Below are positions 49,150 through 61,883 of a stretch of DNA of 64,000 nucleotides, in pieces. How positions within the stretch are numbered: the stretch's first letter is position 1; every line of letters starts with the position of its first letter. The stretch covers positions 378,200,001 through 378,264,000 of the forward strand of contig OZ024740.1 in NCBI GenBank assembly GCA_964016885.1. Reading direction: 5' to 3'. Source of the stretch: Eledone cirrhosa. Taxonomy: Eukaryota. A model generated the notes under the pieces. That model did no database searches, was not told the origin of the DNA, and was given only the letters and a program-made list of their open reading frames with translations. The position numbers and the translations under genes were made by a program.

Positions 49150-52100
49150 GGAGCCCTCCTACCTCTCTTTCGGTGACCAAATCATCACCTCTGCCTCGGG
49201 AGTCCAACAGGGTGACCCACTCAGGCCTGCACTGTTTGCACCGGGCATTGATAACGTCACCAAGATGGGGGTTGAGTTGGACCTCAATGCCTGGTACCTC
49301 GACGACGTCTGTTTTGGGGGGGGGACGACTCCGGTATGGTTCTCTCCACTGCCAACAACATGGTGGAGGAGCTTGGCCGCCGGGGTCTCCAGATCAATAG
49401 CTCCAAATGTGAGCTCTGGATCCTCAACCACCCGACTTCTCAACTTACTTATACTTGTGTCGACAGGTTGGGTTGAGCCGGCTTCTTCCCTTGTCCTGAC
49501 GGCATCCCGAACCATGGCAGCCCACGCACGACGGTCCCGGACTAGGTCACTGGAAATAGCGAGTCAGTCACGGTTCCATTGGCGCAGGCCGACCACCAAC
49601 GGACCTGAGAGTTCGGAGAGGTCCTCCTTGATCGTCGTTGCCCAGGTCTTCAGCTGCCCGCCAACGCGCTTGCGCCAGTTAGGGAGTGGAGGTGGGAGGA
49701 GAACATCGCGGATCAGCTCACCTTCAGGGCGCCGGGCTGCGTGACCAAACCATCTCAAGCGCCGTTGCAGAAGCACTGAAGGAAGGGGTCAAAGATTCAG
49801 GCGAAGATGAAGACTGGCAGTAGGTACCCGATCAACGCGTCGGCAGCGAAGAATGTGGCGGAGACAGTCATTGTCGAAGACCCCAGCCCTCGTTGATCGA
49901 CTACCCTCATAGGCCATGTTTCACAGCCATAGAGGAGGATAGTGCGAATGACGGCCTGGTAGATTCGCCCTTTGGTCGCTGAGGTGATTTCTCTTCTGTC
50001 CCACAGACACCGCTGAAGGCGCCCAAAAGTGGATCTGGCAGCACCTATGCAATGTTTGACCTCGGGTGGGCCCTGTCCTATTGGAACCACTGTTGAGCCC
50101 AGGTAAACGAAGAACTCCACATCCTCCAGATCCACGCCCTTGAGAGATATTGGCTGCCAGGCATCAGGCGAGACCAGTGATGTCATGACTTTCGACTTGG
50201 CGGCATTGATTCGTAGACCAACAGCAGCATCTGCAGTGTGCACCCTTTCGAGAGCACCTTGTACATCTGTCCCGTTAGCGCCCATCAGTACGATGTCATC
50301 TGTGTAAGCCAGGTCCATCATCACGACTCCTCCCGACCTCTACGCCCAGGTAATCCCGGAGCGCTGTGTTGAGAGTGTCGTCAATGGCGTAGTTGAAGAG
50401 AGTTGGCAATAGCGCACGCCTCTGCCGAACACCGGTCCCAACATCGAACGACCCCGTCTCACCACCATAGACCCTCACCTGAGTCCAAGTCGACCGGTAG
50501 TAGCCTTGTATGAGATGAAGCAGCTTCACTGGGATGCCGTCCACCTGCATTATATGCCATAGGGCTTCCCGATCTACCAAGTTGAAGGCAGCTGCAAAGT
50601 CGATGAAGCAGAGGACAGTAGGTTGCTGATGTGCCCACCGTTGTTCCAGGACACGCCGGAATTTGAAGATTTGATCAACGCACCCCCTTCCCGGACGGAA
50701 GCCGCCCTGAGAAGGACGGGTACGGACATCACGGATGACCTGGAACCTCTTCAGCAGAAGGATTGCGAAGGTTTTGGCAGCAATGTCAATTAAACTGATA
50801 CCCCTATAGTTGTAACACAGTTTCCTGTCGCCTTTTTTGAAGAAGGGTAGAAGAGTTGCCTCGCTCCAGTCACCAGGGAACCGCTCTGTCGCCAACACCG
50901 AGGAGAAGACTCGATGAAGCCAAGCTGCGAAGACATCAGGCTTGGCCTTGTAGACCTCAGCTGGAACGCCATCTTCACCCGGCGCCTTGTTGTTCCGGAG
51001 ATGTGTCAGGACACTGTGTACCTTCTCGACCGTTGGAGGGGCAGTGCTGCACCCGTATTCTTCTCCGGAAGGCTGCACGTAGATTGGCGTGGGTGGTGGC
51101 AGGTGGTTGAGCAGCTCGGAGAAATGGTCCCGCCATCGGACTAGCCGGTCATTAAGATTGGTAATGACTGCCCCGTTCCGATCACGGATCGTCTCGCTGA
51201 TACTCGTACTACTTTGGCTGGCCCGCTTCACCAGTTGGTAGAGCTTGCGCGAGTCACCACAGTCTGCTCCGCAAATTCACACCAATGTGCATTCCGATCG
51301 GCCCGAATAGCCCGAGATGTGCGACGTTGGAGATCTCGAAGATTGGGTCAACCCAAGATGCTCTCTGGGCACCTCAACCGTCACCGCCCTGAGCGCGTTC
51401 CATTCCTGCTCCGGTTGCTGTTCCACTTCGTTACTCAGCATTTGGAATCGGTTTCGCAGCTCTAGCCGGAAAGCATTTCCAGCATCGAGCTTGAGCCGTG
51501 AGATGTCGATCTTTTTCTGGCGGTTGGGAGGAGGTTTTGCCTGCAGCCGCTGACGAAGGGTTGCTCGAACAAGAGTATGGTCTGACCCATGCTCACTGCC
51601 CGTATCAGCCCCTCGATACGCATGCAAGTCCATCACTGAGCTGGCCCAACGAGATCTGACCAGGATGTAGTCAATCTGATTGGCTGTTCTTCCGTCATTG
51701 GATCACCACGTGACGAGGTGACGCCGAGGATGTTGGAACCGGGTGTTGGTGACGATAAGACGATTGGCATCCGCGAAGGATACAAGCCGTTCACCATTGT
51801 CACAGCGTACGCCTAGGGCGATGCGTCCTGGAATATGCCGTGTCATATCATCAGTCGGCCCCGTCCGCGCATTCCAGTCCCCAGCGACAATGAGAACATC
51901 ACTGGAGGGGACGCCATCCACGGTTGTTTGGAGATCACCATAGAACTGCGTCTTGTCCACATATGCGGCTTCTCAACACCAACAGCTGATCGACCTTTTT
52001 GCAGAGTTCTTCCCTTCCATCGCGGTCCCTCCGCCGTCGGCTTGGTGCTTCTTAGGAGCCCCAATCACAGACCTGGCCTTCGAGTCAACCTTCCAATCGA

Positions 52101-53450
52101 AGATGGTTGGCCTTGAGCAGCTGCTGAGGAATATCGAAGTTATCGAACCCCATCAAGGTTTCTTCATACTCAGGAACTACCTGTCTATTCCTAAGCTTCT
52201 GTATCTGCTCAGGGTCAGCCCCTCTCACAGATTTCTGTCCTGCCTCCAATGCTTCGACAACCTAATCTTCAAGAGACTCGAGTGTCTGGTCAATGTGAGA
52301 CTCTCTCCAGAGTCCCACAATCAGGCTGCATTGCCCAAGCGATTTGGGGGTCTTGGTCTTCGTAAGTGTTCGTCCCTCTCTCTCCTCTGCTTCCTTTCCT
52401 CCACCCTGGTGAGCAGCATCCTCTCCTCTCCAACATGGACTAGTTCCAACAGGGAGTTGGGTGAAGCTCCCCAGCAATGGAGTGAGTTGGGCTTGTCTCT
52501 TCCTGAGAAGGTGGAGGACAGTCGAAGTCAGAGAGCTTGGGACAGCATAAGTTCAAAGGCCACCTTCGACTCCCTCTTCGTCCAGTCAGATCAGTTTGCA
52601 AGGTGCCGCTTACTATCTGCCAGCGCCAAATACTCAGGTGACTGGGTTGAAGCCCTACCCGTGGCCAACGTTGGTGGCCTACTCAGACTGGACAAACTTT
52701 GTGTCTCCATCGCCCTCAAAGTGGGAGCTGACGGCTGCATGGGTTTGAGGTGCCGATGCGGCAAACTCCTTGACTCTACAGGCCACCACGGTCTTTCTTG
52801 CCGCTTGAATGCCAGCCGCTTCGCGCGTCACACGGAGCTAAACCTCATTCTGAATAGAGCTTTGGCCCGGGTGAATATCCCCTCAGTCTTGGAACCATCT
52901 GGGCTGTCCAGAAGTGACGGCCTTACCCTGTGCCCCTGGTCGAAAGGCAGGTGCCTTGTCTGGGATGTCACTGTTAGTGACTCTTTTGCTCTTTCCCACA
53001 TCCTGGATGCTGCGGTTAGGACGAGAGCCACAGCTTCTGCAGCCAAGTGGAGTAAGACCCTCAAATACTCTGATCTGTCGGTCAGCTACATTTTTCAGCC
53101 TGTGGCTTTCGAGACGTTTGGGGGAGTTGGGCTGCTGACTGCAAGGTTCCTTTCATCACTGGTGGCTCGCCTAATAGAGGTGACTGGCGAATCTCGCGAG
53201 GGTGCTTGGCTGTTTCAGCGCATCAGCCTCGCCATCACCCGAGGCAACGCTGCGAGTGTGCTGGCTTGCCTCAAAAATGATTAGAGAGGTTGCCCAGTAC
53301 TCGCAATGTTGCTGTCTTTTGCTCTGGTGTTGGCTCCGTTGTTCAACCCTTCCTTTACATTTTCTTTAATATTGTAGCTTTGAAGAAATATCATCCTTTG
53401 TAGCGTTACCGAGGCATTTGTAATGTTATTTATGTATATATTTATATGTA
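49150..53450 (+). mobile_element. CRE-clade non-LTR retrotransposon (RT + zinc knuckle + restriction-like endonuclease), 5'-truncated, interrupted by an RTE
   Basis: GVQQGDPL and AWYLDD at 49190-49310; after the insert FGGLGLR, CRCG..LD..GHHGLSC, RH..LN, DGLTLCPW..LVWDVTV, KY, ETFG, FQRISLAITRGNA. Confidence 0.88.
49445..51968 (-). mobile_element. RTE-clade LINE nested in the CRE element, 5'-truncated within the endonuclease
   Basis: AGDWNAR, QIDYIL, SDH, FIDFAAAF, GVRQ, AYTDD, RRLRWFGH; TSD cttctcaac at 49436-49444 and 51969-51977. Confidence 0.92.
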
Positions 53451-53639
53451 AACTAAACGACTAATTCTGTTTTTTTTAATTTTTAAATCAACGGAGTCAA
53501 CATAGAAAAACTACCGATCCCTCCACCTCCTTGTTATTTGGGACCAGAGAATAGGTTAAAGTATATGAAACTAAATCCCCCCCCCCCCTCCCCATTTTTA
53601 AACAAGTATATCTCGCATATTCTATGTTATTTCTATCAT

Positions 53640-54375
53640 TTTATTCACAGTTGGATAAATAACATTACAAATTGTTCACAATTCTTTCAGAATGAAAATA
53701 AATACACATATAATAAATACAATTAACTATTGGTAGGAACCTTACAAATACAACGCACCAAAATATACAATCAATGCGAGAGAAAGAAAAACGACCATCA
53801 ATTCACTACCAAAGTGCAACAATTGACCGCCACACCACCAAAGTGCAACAATTGACCGCCACACCACCAAAGTGCAACAATTGACCGCCACATCACCAAA
53901 GTGCAAAAATTGACTGCCACATCACAAGGGTTAACTGGAATGTTTGAGACAAGCCAATACGCTCGCAGCATACTCGTGGGTGATGGTGAAGCTAAGGCGC
54001 TGGAACAACCAGACCCCCTCGCAGACATCAACTGACACCTCGGTAAGGCGAGCCGCCATAGATGACAAGAACTTCGCTGTCAACGGCCCGACTCCAAATG
54101 TCTCGAACGTCACTGGCAGGAAAACACAATTGTTTGATTGTTCCCGGTATTTTAGGATTTTATTCCATTTGACATCGGAAGCAGTGACCTTCACAATTAC
54201 TGCGGCATCGATAGTGTGGGAGGGAGTGAGTCATTGACTGTGACGTCCCAGATGAGACACTTGCCTCTTACCCAGGGACAAAGGGTAAGGCTGTCCGGTC
54301 TCTTCCCATCACTTCTGGATAATCCAGTCGGCTCCAGAACTGATGGGATATTTACTCGAGCTAGGGCTAATTCAT
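53640..54375 (-). mobile_element. CRE-clade 3' fragment
   Basis: [32 protein letters not shown]...ETFG...LFQRLS. Confidence 0.88.
53808..53923. repeat. Four copies of a 29-bp tandem repeat (accaaagtgcaacaattgaccgccacacc)
   Basis: Direct reading; lies in the 3' UTR of the minus-strand CRE. Confidence 0.93.
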
Positions 54376-54389
54376 AAATTATTGAGCAA

Positions 54390-56006
54390 AGCATGGCTAT
54401 TGTATCTGGATGATGCTACGTTGGGCGGGCCCGTACCCACCGTCTGTCATAATCTACAATCGGTGGTTCCTGCCCTGGCAGGAATCGGCCTCCAGGTCAA
54501 CTCGGCCAAGTCGGAGGTGGTAAATGTCAGCCACGATGTTGAGAGCTTTGCAGCCTCCGTCTCGAACATGCGGGCCATTCTCCACCAGGTACAGGTGACC
54601 CCCAAAGAGGATGTCCTCATCTTCGGGTCACCGATCCACTCGCCGGCCATCCGCTCCACCATCAGGTCCAAGTTTCAACAACTCCAGACTCTCACGAGTC
54701 GACTGGGCTTGATCGACGGCCACCCAGCCCTCTTTCTGTTGAGGAACTGCTTCGCCATGTCGAAGCTCCTCTATACCCTTCGCAGCGCTCCGTGCTACAC
54801 TCACACATCTCTCCTCGCTGACCTTGATACTTGTATCCGAGAAGCAGCCGAGGAGATGTGCAATATCAAGTTTGACGATATTGGATGGCAACAGGCCACT
54901 TTACCCGTCAGGTATAGCGGCCTTGGCCTCCGGTCCCCGATCTCACTGGCTTTGCCGGTGTATCTTTCGTCGGTAACCTCGTGCCGCGTCCTCGTCAGCA
55001 GGGTTCTTCTAAACACAATAGAACCCTCTGTGTTCAGAGAACGTGAGGCCGCCTGTGAGACGTGGGACGTCAAGTCCCCCCAAAGCACTTGGGATGCCAT
55101 CCAGTGCAGCCTGGCCTCAGACAGGCTCACGCACCAGCTCGACCAGCACCGCCTTGCCTGTTTTCGTGCGGCCTCCAAACCCCAGAGTGGTGCCTGGCTC
55201 CATGCCCTTCCCTCCTTCTCCACTGGCACGCAGCTAGACAATAATAGTCTGCACATTGTTATTTCCTTGAGGCTCGGCCTTCGGATCTGCGAGCCACACC
55301 AATTTCGCTGTGGATCCACCGTGGACCCTTTCGAACTCCACCCGCTTTCCTTTCGCCACAGTGCCGGCTACCTTCCATGCCACGCTGCCCTCAACGAGGT
55401 CATAAAGCATGGCTTGGGCGCTGTAGGCTTCCTTCCCAGCTCGAGCCAGTGGGGCTGGACCGAGGGGACACAAAAGGCCAGATGGCATGACCATCATTCC
55501 GTTCCGTGGTGGCAAGCCCCTTGTCTGGGATGCCACTTGCACTGACACATTCTGCAGCCGCAACCTGGTGCAGTCTGCGATTAACCCAGGTTCTGTTGCA
55601 TGTAGTGCTGAGGAGGCTAAACTCCTCAAATACCGGTCGCTCTCCGACAGGTTTGCAGTTGTACTCCTGGCAGTGGACCTTGTGGTGTCCTCGGCCCTAG
55701 AGCTGCCTCCCTACTTACCATCATTGGCGCTGAACTGGCCAGCTGCAGGTGTGATCCCCGCGAGTTGGAGTGGATTTTCCAGCGCGTCTCCCTTGCCATC
55801 CTCCGGGGAAACGCTTACTCCATTCTGACCGCCGGGGCTGTGAGAGGGGGGGGGGTATCATTCCATATTTAATTATGGTCGGTATGAGTATGTTTATGTT
55901 TTGGATGTTAGCAAACATGAAGTTATGGACCCGATGCGGGTAGTTTTCCCACACAGAAAATAAAGTTTGTAATAAAAAAAAAAAAATAATTATTAAGTAT
56001 GTACAC

Positions 56007-56041
<35 letters not shown>
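54390..56041 (+). mobile_element. CRE-clade element (different subfamily), 5'-truncated; possible poly(A) tail at 56013-56041
   Basis: LYLDD, KLLYTLRSAP, YSGLGLR, SGAWLHALP, PDGMTIIPF..LVWDATC, KYRSL. Confidence 0.87.
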
Positions 56042-56043
<2 letters not shown>

Positions 56044-59000
56044 AAATTACTATTTAATCAAGTTTTATATGACGTTATGCTATTTTCAATAATGGATTTA
56101 AGGATACTCGAGCTATATAACCTTTGTCATGAATAATGATTATATATCCGTGCATTATTTTTTTAACAAGTTATGATTCGTATGGGAAAAAATCTTACAA
56201 AATGTTCATCCAGATCATTTTAAGTCTATGAAAAAAGGCTGACATAAAAAAAAAAAATGCTTTTTTTTACTTTGATCTAGAAACTCCCAAATTCGACAAC
56301 TAAATAGTTTCTCTTTAATAGACCTTTTAAACGAAAAATACGTCCATCCTTATTTCGCGATAGAATTGTTTTTATCTTAAATCTCATCGAAGTGCTTGTG
56401 CTAAAAGTATTGAAAATACTGGACGATATTATCGAGTTATTGTGTTAGAATACCCTTTACAACGACATTCCATTTTAAGCCAAAGTATGAATTCTATTAG
56501 TGGAATGAAGTGAATTACAAGAAACACAATTGCCTGCACCAGCCTAATGGACTGGGTGGAAGTCAACGAAGAAACTTGGAATGCATTTTCCGAGAAAATA
56601 TTTTTAAATAGTAAAAAAGATTATGACGAGAATATTCCCTGTGTACATTAGTAATTTCAATAAAACTTATTGGTACTGGTGTTAAGGATCATGTAAACAC
56701 ATCGATAAACAAGAAAGAGTTATAATCTCCGAATCAGGTAGATCTCAGAAACAATGAAACCCGTAAACCCGTGAATATAAAACACAAACTATTTATATGG
56801 TCTCTGATTCATTTTACACATTTCCGAGTTTGTTTCACATATTCACACCCGTCTTCTCAAATAACTAGCAATGAAGAACACGATAGATGCAGCGGCGAAA
56901 GGCAAAATAACAAGATTAAATGTAAAGCTAACAAACGAGCCATTACAGTTACTCGATCTGCTTGAAACAGCAACTTAATGTTCCTAAAATTACACCTCAA
57001 ATAAGGACACATCGGATAGTGATGTCCAAGGTACGAAAAAAAAAAAAAAAATCAGACTAATCATGGTTGAAATGCTTGGTCATTTAGGGTCAGCATTAGG
57101 CTAAAGCATCTGTTGAAGCTGAATTCCTCCTACTCCCCGGGGTCAAAAAAAAAAAATCGATGAAAGCATCGAAAGGTAAGGTTGTGGTGTTAAGCAAACC
57201 TGGCAACTCTCCCCTCGGACGGGTAGATCCCAACCCACTTCGGGGTGGGTGAGAGATCTCTTCTCTTGTAAAAATGGGATAAGCTTTCATTATGTAAGAT
57301 CTCCCCAATTTTGCCTCATTTCTCCCCGTTTGGGGGAACTTTTTTCATGGTACTCCCCATTTGGGTTTTTAGAGGTTGGCAGGTCTGGTTAAGCTAGTAT
57401 TAGGCCGGTCCACACTGTCTAGTCATAGACGTAGTCAATAAGGTACGAACATTTATTTAACTTGATACCAACCTATCTTGGGTTTATTATCGACTGGATA
57501 CATTATTATTGCCTTTTGTTTTTAATTTTCTTGAGAAATATGAAGATCTTTATTATCTTTCTCTAAAAGTAGTTCTTTATTCTTGAGAACAATATAGATT
57601 CTTATTTATAAATATAGGTCTAGATACTTTTTACTAGACTGTTCTTTATCAACTCCTGAAGGACGAAATGCAAAGTCAACTTGAGAGAGGTTTGATCTCG
57701 AAGCCCCCCCCCCCCCACACACACACACACAAGATCTCTGACGAGAAAAAAATGCTCTATCACCTTGTAAATATTTATAAAATTATTTTTAAGATTGAAT
57801 TATATGACTTCATATAGCAAATGTTCGATATATATATATATATATATATGTTGATATATGAATTATGAATTATAAGAATCAAAGTACTGTTCAAAATATT
57901 TTTATGCTCACAACTGTTTCCTCCAAACCGAGGTTTGGATTCTTCGGAGCAATTTATTATTGAATGAACACTTATATGACCTCCTTTTCACCCAAGAGAC
58001 ATACAGATACATATGCAAATATTGTGGGTCAACATTCATTACAGCATTTAGAGTGGCAGTACACACTTAGAGATTACATTCATATTAAAAGATACAATAA
58101 AAAATACAACATGAAATTAAGCAGTTATATAGTGCAAAGGTTATATGTGTGGCAAGCACGTGCGTCTTGTTTAAATAGTGTGGTAGAGAGTTACGTGTAG
58201 TAGAAGCACTTAAGCAGGTAATCGAGAGTGTTAGGGTGGTTGATCTGGTGACGAATTCTTTATATGATTGTTATAGTCTGTGTGTGGAGAAATAATATAA
58301 GTATTAAAGATAGTGTAAGCATTAAAAATATTGGAAATGCGCAGCGAAGCGATGATATGGACTTCATGCACTTCGACATTTTCATAGTCTGGGGAGCGTA
58401 TTTTTCAGATTATATGCCCCTCACATAATCCACGACGATTCGATATTGGGCGTTTGACAATCCAGTTAGAGAATCGTAGTCTGATGTTCTTTAGTTCAAT
58501 ACAGGAGGATGTTACGTTTCGAGAATCGACATCAAAATACTACCCGGAAGTGTGTGTGTGGCTAAGGGGAGTTAATGCATGAGGGGAGGTAACTCCGTGG
58601 TTTCTATTACTAACTATTAAAACGTGTCTCAAAATAGACCCTAACTTATATGGTTATGCGCAATTTCTAAAAAATTTCTAAAATTTAAAGTGTTTTAACT
58701 ATAGAGTAGTCTAAGTTGTGCTGAAGGTGTTCTTATTATGGTGATTAACCCCCATCGTAGAGTGCCACAAATGAATATTATACACGACGAGCGAGGATTC
58801 TAAATTAATGATCTCTGTGGTTGCAGTCTACTCAAAGGACCAGGCATGGTGATTGCAGAATCACTTCAACACACAATGATCTCTGGTAAGTTCTGGGTCA
58901 TCGCTTGCTACATTGGATGTCGAAAGATAATCATCACCAGGGCAGACCAGAGGTCAATCCACAGTCCTCATGACTCCAATCTGACCATCAAATCATCCAT

Positions 59001-59099
59001 ATATGTACAACCCATACGCCACATGCAATACATTCATTCACTGCATTCAGCGTATCGGTCATACTGCTCATCAGCATTACTAGATTAATTCGTTTTTCA

Positions 59100-60620
59100 T
59101 TTGTCCAACGATGGCACTTCCTCCGCTCAGCACCAACAAGACAATCAATTCGATGCTTAAATTAACTATAAAGTGGTGTCGTACAGTTCAAGCAAGAGGA
59201 TGTTGTCACACCTAAAGTAGAGGTACAAATGGGTATTCCCCCTGTGAAGGGTTCTAGAGGGATGTCGCGGTTTGTGTTATATTAGATCAGTGAGTGTTGG
59301 GTATGTGGTATAAGGTGTGCCCCTGGTGTTTGATGCTAGAGGTGGTGTTTGGTTCAAGTCCGACATTGCTATATATTGGGCTTAAAGTTTTGGAAGGAAT
59401 GTCTGAAGCGGTGCTGGCAAGTTGCAAACACTTCAGATTTTTTGTTAAGTAGGTTACGGTTAGAGAAGATAATATTGTGGGTCTCTAGCATACAGAGGTT
59501 ACAAAATTTATTAGGTGGTTTGTACGAAGTCGCGCTACCTATCACTTCCTATTTGAGTGTGTAAGGTTTATTTTTAGTTTTTAGATAGTGTATGTAGCTA
59601 GATAGTGAGGTGGAGTTGGCTAGACTGTGCTTTTTGAACGAGTGGATGTGCGAATTATATCTGATTTTGAAGCAGTTAGAAGTGGAGCCTACATAGGTTT
59701 CTGAAGAGTTGCTAGTTGTGACGGTGCATGAGTATATGATATCCTTGGTTAGGCATTTTTTATCTAAAGGGCAGGTCCTATTAGCTCTACAGTTACAATT
59801 ATCCTGTGTGTTAGTCTGCTGGTTATAATGCGGTGCAGAAGTCTGGGTGGTAGCTATAGGATTTTGGACATTCGGGTTGTCGACCCCGGTGTTAATTCTT
59901 ATACTAGTGTTATTTCTATTATTACTGCTGTTACTATGGTTGCTTGCTACAGAGGTATTTAGAAGGTTTACCTCCTGTTGTGATTTCGTTTGTTGGAAGT
60001 AAGAATTAATTTTACTTTTATTGCTGCTAGCTATGTGGTATGCTAAGTTAGGTGTCGTAGAGTATGAGATTTTAATAGTGTTTTTGTTTAAAAGGTTGTG
60101 GTACTTGTGTCCTAGAGGGAAGTTTTTATCTAGTAGTGAGAAGAAAGCCCTAGGTATGTTGGTGGAGACATTTAGGTTGAAAGGAGGGTTGAAAAATGTA
60201 TTATTTCTTCTTCTATTTTTGTTTTTAGTGTCTGGTGTGTTGTTTCTTCCTAAGGTACTACTGTAGTTTCCGTGGTAATGGTTACTTCCGGTGGCACCCT
60301 CCGCTTTAGTGTACGTGTGGTTGCTATTCATATTATTAGGTTTCCTCATGGACATGTGCGAGATGATGTTGTAGCTATGCGTTTTCTTAGGTAGGAACTC
60401 AATTTCTATATTATGGCCGGATCTAGCTAATGCTTGATTATAATATTGTGAGTTTTTGCTAAATATGTTTGCGTCATAGGATAGATTAGAGATTCTATTG
60501 GATACCCCCTTAGAGATAGAGTTTAATATTGATCTAGGGTGATTAGACTTGGTATCTACGTAAATGAGTTTTTCGTTAGGCTTATGGAAAGGTGTATATA
60601 TAACTGCTCTGTAAATCATC
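59100..60620 (-). mobile_element. Penelope-like element 3' part (thumb, Cys-rich linker, GIY-YIG endonuclease), Neptune-like
   Basis: FHKPNEKLIYV..SNHP, FFNPPF, KISYS, CNCRANRTCPLDKKCL, IIYSC...TYVGST..FKIRYNSH; frame continues past the TAG at 59549-59551 through CNLC and LNKKSE..CQHR to a stop at 59369-59371. Confidence 0.9.
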
Positions 60621-60876
60621 TGATGTTTTTACATTGAGCTACTTAACTTACTGGTAATAAGGTAGTAATATATTACTGCCTACCACTATTTAGGGTTTGT
60701 ATAAAAATATATATAACTGCAAAAGGTTTTTGTATTTACATAACCATAAATAGTATAATTAATACTATGTTGATATATATATATATGTTGATTTAAAACT
60801 GCACTATCCACAAGTGTTTTTTAACCTTCATATCATGTCTTCCTGTTTTATCTGATGAAAACACAAATATTATTGC

Positions 60877-61792
60877 AAGAGGACTGAGAGTAAATCTAGC
60901 TAAGACAAAAGTGTTGATGAGTAGAAAAGAGGACAAAACCCTGATTCCGTCAGGGAAATGGCTATGGTAGATATGCAGAAAAGGAACTGGCATAAATTCT
61001 ATAAAATGCACACAATGTAGGTCCTGGGTACACAAGAGATGTAGCGGGATAGCAGGCAAACTAACAGGTAGGGAGAAATATGTATGCAGTAGATGTACAG
61101 GGAAATTAGACAGTAGAAGTCGCACTGATAGACACATTTTTCAAATGCGAGAGGGCGCTATAGAAGTGGTGGATAGCTTCCGGTACCTAGGAGATCAGAT
61201 TAGCATGGGAGGAGGGTGTTCCGAGGCTATAGTATCTAGAATAAGGACGGGTTGGAAGAAGTTTAGGGAGCTGCTTCCTCTGTTGACGAAGAAGGGTTTC
61301 TCCCTGCGTACGAAAGGCCGGTTGTATGATGCCTGTGTGAGGAGCGCGATGCTGCATGGTAGTGAGACATGGGCAGCAACCGCAGAAGATATGCGACGGC
61401 TGGAGAGAAATGAGGCAAGCATGCTCCGTTGGATGTGCAGTGTAAATGTGCGTGAACGACCCAGCATAAATGTGTTGAGAGAGAAACTGTGTCTGAGAGG
61501 GATAGAATGTAGTGTACGGGAGAGGAGACTGAGGTGGTATGGACATGTGATGCGCATGGAGGATGACCGATGGGTGAAGAAGTGCCAGGAAATGCCAGTT
61601 GAAGGAAGACGTGGTAGAGGTAGACCACGAAAAACATGGGCGGAGGTGGTGAGAACAGACCTCAGATCATTGAAGCTCACGGTGGAGATGACGAGGGACC
61701 GTGACGAGTGGAGAGATGCTGTGCTGAATAAAACCCGTCCCACCCTTGCAAGCAGAGAAAAGCGGACGTAAAATGATGATGATGATGATGAT
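60877..61792 (+). mobile_element. RTE family C, 5'-truncated, with (GAT)n tail
   Basis: [12 protein letters not shown], decayed PHD finger, ORF 61145-61771. Confidence 0.93.
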
Positions 61793-61852
61793 ATTTGTTT
61801 TTGAAATGCGCATAATAAAATACATGGAACTCTTTTAACCATCTTTTGTTCT

Positions 61853-61883
<31 letters not shown>

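Noticed and set aside
53808-53923. CRISPR-like 29-bp repeats
   Set aside because: Units are contiguous with no spacers, the context is eukaryotic, and there are no cas genes.
57655-57750. CTGAAGGACGAAA and CTGACGA hammerhead-like words
   Set aside because: No supporting stems.
59549-59551. Programmed readthrough or selenocysteine in the PLE ORF
   Set aside because: The codon is TAG at an expected Trp, so a simple TGG-to-TAG mutation explains it.
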